Below, piece by piece: positions 61,624-64,000 of a stretch of 64,000 bases of DNA; position 1 is the stretch's first letter; every line of letters starts with the position of its first letter. The notes beneath the pieces are model-generated. The model saw only the letters and a list, made by a program, of their open reading frames with translations. It was not told the origin of the DNA and did no database searches. Position numbers and translations under genes: made by a program. Origin of the DNA: Candidatus Latescibacterota bacterium (GTDB lineage Bacteria; Latescibacterota; UBA2968; GCA-2709665); contig OZ250150.1 of the NCBI GenBank assembly GCA_965237675.1, positions 2,528,001 through 2,592,000 on the forward strand. The letters are read 5' to 3'.

Positions 61624-63858
61624 TTATGGCCCGGGCGGCGCGTAATCCACAAAGATGGGACTGGACCAGGCCATTTCCATGTCGGTTTGCACCACCCGTA
61701 CCCAGTAGGGGTTCACGCCCGGTACAGGCGCGGGGTCGGTGAAGGTGAATTCGGCGGTATCCGGCGCGGATTGTTCGGGCGCAAGGGAGACCGTGACCTT
61801 TCGCTCGAGAAGGCCGATGTCTATCTCCAGGGGCTGTTCTCCAAGCTCCCGGAGGCTCACTTTCAGGCTCGCTCTTTCGGCTGGGGCGTAGGATATCCGC
61901 CTGGGTCCCGTCTCGCCGTGGCCGCCATAGGTGGGGCCTGTAATGAGCGAGGTATGGATCGCAAGCCGGAGTTCGGCGTCCGGGTCCGCATTCAGGTCCA
62001 GAATCACACCGCTCCGGTACCCACAGGTTACCGAGTGCCAGCGCAGGCTGCTCTCGCCGCGGTCCAGAACGTCGGAGCGCGGGCTGTCAAAGCGCAGCTT
62101 TTCAACCGCTGTGATTTTGGCTCTGTCCAGATTCAGGGTCCCATCCCAGATAACGCCCGAGTAGCTGCTTTTTCGGCTCGCGCCTTCCCAGAGGATGCGG
62201 ACCCGGTTGCTGGCGGGCGCTACCGGGAATGAATGCGTGTAGCGTGTTTCCAACCCGCGGAAGAGTTCCACGGATTCCAGGGGCGCGGTACCGATGACGG
62301 ATGCCGAGATCCGTGGCGGGGAGTGGGTCTTGGTTTCACTACCCATCGGGTGGCCGTCCATCTCCGTGTGCAGAACGATCCGTGCACCCGTGGTGGCATA
62401 GCATCGGCGTGCCTTCAGGGCTTCCAGAAGGGCTTCCACGCTCACCTCGGTGGCGTAAACGGCCGCAAGCCCCGCCTTTGCGTAGCGCCGGTGCTGGTGG
62501 CCGGGACGGTCGTCGCCGGGCCTTCCGGTGTGGCTGTCGCTGCCACCGAAGAAGCCGAGTTTGTAACCGTGCTCCAGGGTTTCTCGCAAGAACCACTCGA
62601 AGCTGCCGTGGGTCGAGGTGACTTCCACGGCCGGTTCCAGGCCGGGATCGTGGTGGTTGAGGTCGGAGTGTTCGCCGCCAACGTGGGGGGTAATGACGGT
62701 GTCGGTCCCGCGGTAGGTTCGATATAGGTCTGTGATGTGATGAATGTCCGTGTCGATATCCGAACGGTTGCGAACGGCCAGGCGGCTGGAACGGCGAATG
62801 GGTTGATTGTGCCGCCGAAAGTAGACATTGTGGTGGCCGCCTGCCTCCGTCCTTGGAGACCATTCGAATCCCGGGATGGCAATGAACCGTCCGGGTTGGT
62901 AAAATTCCCGTTCAGCCCGCTGCTGTATCTCCCAGTCGGATTTTGAGACGGCGTGGTCATTGCGCTGGTAGCTGGCGAACTGGATGGCGGCCACGTCCCG
63001 GGCGTAGCGAAAGAAGCCGGAAATCTTCTCGGCCCGTGCCACCTGCCCCCCGTGGTAGTCGCCCCAATAAAGGCCGTACGGTTCAGGCCGATCCCTGCAG
63101 ACGATAGGGTTGCTCCGCGCCTCCAGTTTGGATCGCGTGTCCGTTGCGGTAATTCTGTAAACGCCGGGCCGTGAAGGGGTGCATCCCTCGATCCAGCGAA
63201 CGCCGTTGTGTTCGCGTTGGAACGTGAGAGATTGTTCGGCGAGTTCCACGCCGTCCGCGCTGAGTTCCACGCTTCCCGCGAAGTCGGCGGACGGGTTTCC
63301 CCAGGCGTCTTCCGCTTTGACCATCATGCGGAACGGGTCTCCAATAGACGCGGTTGACGGTGCGACTACAACCAGCCGATCCGCGGTTCCGCCCACAATG
63401 GAAACACAGGGCGAGTCCGTCAGTTCGGTGTAGGCGCCGCTGCCGTTCGTGTCCACAGCGACCCAGAAATAGTGCTTCTCCTCCACGAAGGTCTGTGCAC
63501 GGGAGCCCGGCCCGCCGACGCTGCGGTCCCCGTAGATGAGGGTGACGTTCTCGCCGGGCTTGAGTCCACGTCCATGCACGAGCAAGACCAGGGATGAGAC
63601 ACTCTGATTAAGGATGCCCACATGCACTCTTGCCGGCGCTTCAACCTTCATATAGTCTGCGCCGGCGGGGTCCTGAAACTGGGGAATCCCCCAGTCGGTG
63701 TCCGAGTCGGTGTAGACCCGTATGCTACCGCCGGGAGCCACCCCTTCGGAGCCCGCCGTGTAGCTGAGTTTCCAGGTGCCGTAGCTGCCGGCAACGATCT
63801 CGCCGTCCGGATCGAGGGTGGCAAGGCCGTATCTTTCGCGATCTGCTGCAATCGTCAT
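61624..63858 (-). CDS. DUF3604-domain (PHP-like) protein
   Basis: YWGDYHG, PGFEWS...GHHNV, ITPH, GGSDSH.G.PG, RRCYATTG, AWSSPIF. Confidence 0.8.
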   Translation of the reverse strand: MTIAADRERYGLATLDPDGEIVAGSYGTWKLSYTAGSEGVAPGGSIRVYTDSDTDWGIPQFQDPAGADYMKVEAPARVHVGILNQSVSSLVLLVHGRGLKPGENVTLIYGDRSVGGPGSRAQTFVEEKHYFWVAVDTNGSGAYTELTDSPCVSIVGGTADRLVVVAPSTASIGDPFRMMVKAEDAWGNPSADFAGSVELSADGVELAEQSLTFQREHNGVRWIEGCTPSRPGVYRITATDTRSKLEARSNPIVCRDRPEPYGLYWGDYHGGQVARAEKISGFFRYARDVAAIQFASYQRNDHAVSKSDWEIQQRAEREFYQPGRFIAIPGFEWSPRTEAGGHHNVYFRRHNQPIRRSSRLAVRNRSDIDTDIHHITDLYRTYRGTDTVITPHVGGEHSDLNHHDPGLEPAVEVTSTHGSFEWFLRETLEHGYKLGFFGGSDSHTGRPGDDRPGHQHRRYAKAGLAAVYATEVSVEALLEALKARRCYATTGARIVLHTEMDGHPMGSETKTHSPPRISASVIGTAPLESVELFRGLETRYTHSFPVAPASNRVRILWEGASRKSSYSGVIWDGTLNLDRAKITAVEKLRFDSPRSDVLDRGESSLRWHSVTCGYRSGVILDLNADPDAELRLAIHTSLITGPTYGGHGETGPRRISYAPAERASLKVSLRELGEQPLEIDIGLLERKVTVSLAPEQSAPDTAEFTFTDPAPVPGVNPYWVRVVQTDMEMAWSSPIFVDYAPPGP

Positions 63859-64000
63859 AAGGCATTCTCTATGTGGCGGCGATGATATCCTATTCGACGT
63901 GATGTGCGGCTACGCATCCCCACAGCCGAAGGGAACGGAGCAGACGTGAGGGTGGCCAAACCGACTTTCTCTCTCCTGTCTATTTCTTTGCGCCATATCT

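Noticed and set aside
1-64000. CRISPR array, tRNA/rRNA genes, integron integrase or attC array
   Set aside because: No regularly spaced direct repeats, RNA gene signatures or tyrosine recombinase were seen by eye; the palindromes are dispersed REP-like elements.
63860-64000. Possible riboswitch upstream of DUF3604
   Set aside because: Only short hairpins, no recognisable aptamer consensus, and truncated by the window edge.

Overview
GC-rich bacterial window. The gene content (heparinase II/III-like lyase, sulfatase, PhyH dioxygenase, DUF3604, TonB receptor, Omp85 proteins) suggests a diderm heterotroph, possibly Gemmatimonadota/Latescibacterota-like; this is inference only. From left to right: (1) an outer-membrane cluster of SdiA-regulated beta-propeller, DUF4956 membrane protein, an Omp85 barrel fused to an atypical-kinase-like domain, and two tandem patatin-POTRA-Omp85 (PlpD-like) paralogues; (2) a large polysaccharide-lyase-like gene; (3) a TPP-riboswitch thiamine operon (thiO-thiS-thiG-tenI/thiE-thiD-thiE) ending in a cupin with one nonsense codon; (4) DUF6807, sulfatase, pncC, infA, phoX; (5) a ~12 kb defence island (27.1-39.3 kb): a type IIG R-M fusion, a duplicated micro-ORF, an IS3 remnant, a P-loop ATPase-restriction-nuclease fusion split by an IS256 (it reconstructs in frame to 719 aa), an ABC-type ATPase with a nuclease-like partner, and a broken UPF0175/DUF3368 TA pair, closed by a diverged second copy of the R-M gene's 3' end; (6) gluconolactonase, MFS, an IS630 inserted at the stop codon of a TonB receptor, HIT, Lhr helicase, HAD, M14 peptidase; (7) a lone lower-GC gene fusing an McrA-type head domain, a nuclease-like domain and a nitrilase domain; (8) PhyH, pRiA4b-ORF3/HTH, HIT, DUF3604. 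The best candidates for undescribed systems are the McrA-head/nuclease/nitrilase fusion, the IS-split ATPase-nuclease with its island neighbours, and the kinase-Omp85/DUF4956/SdiA-regulated module. All family calls are by motif recognition by eye; no searches were run.
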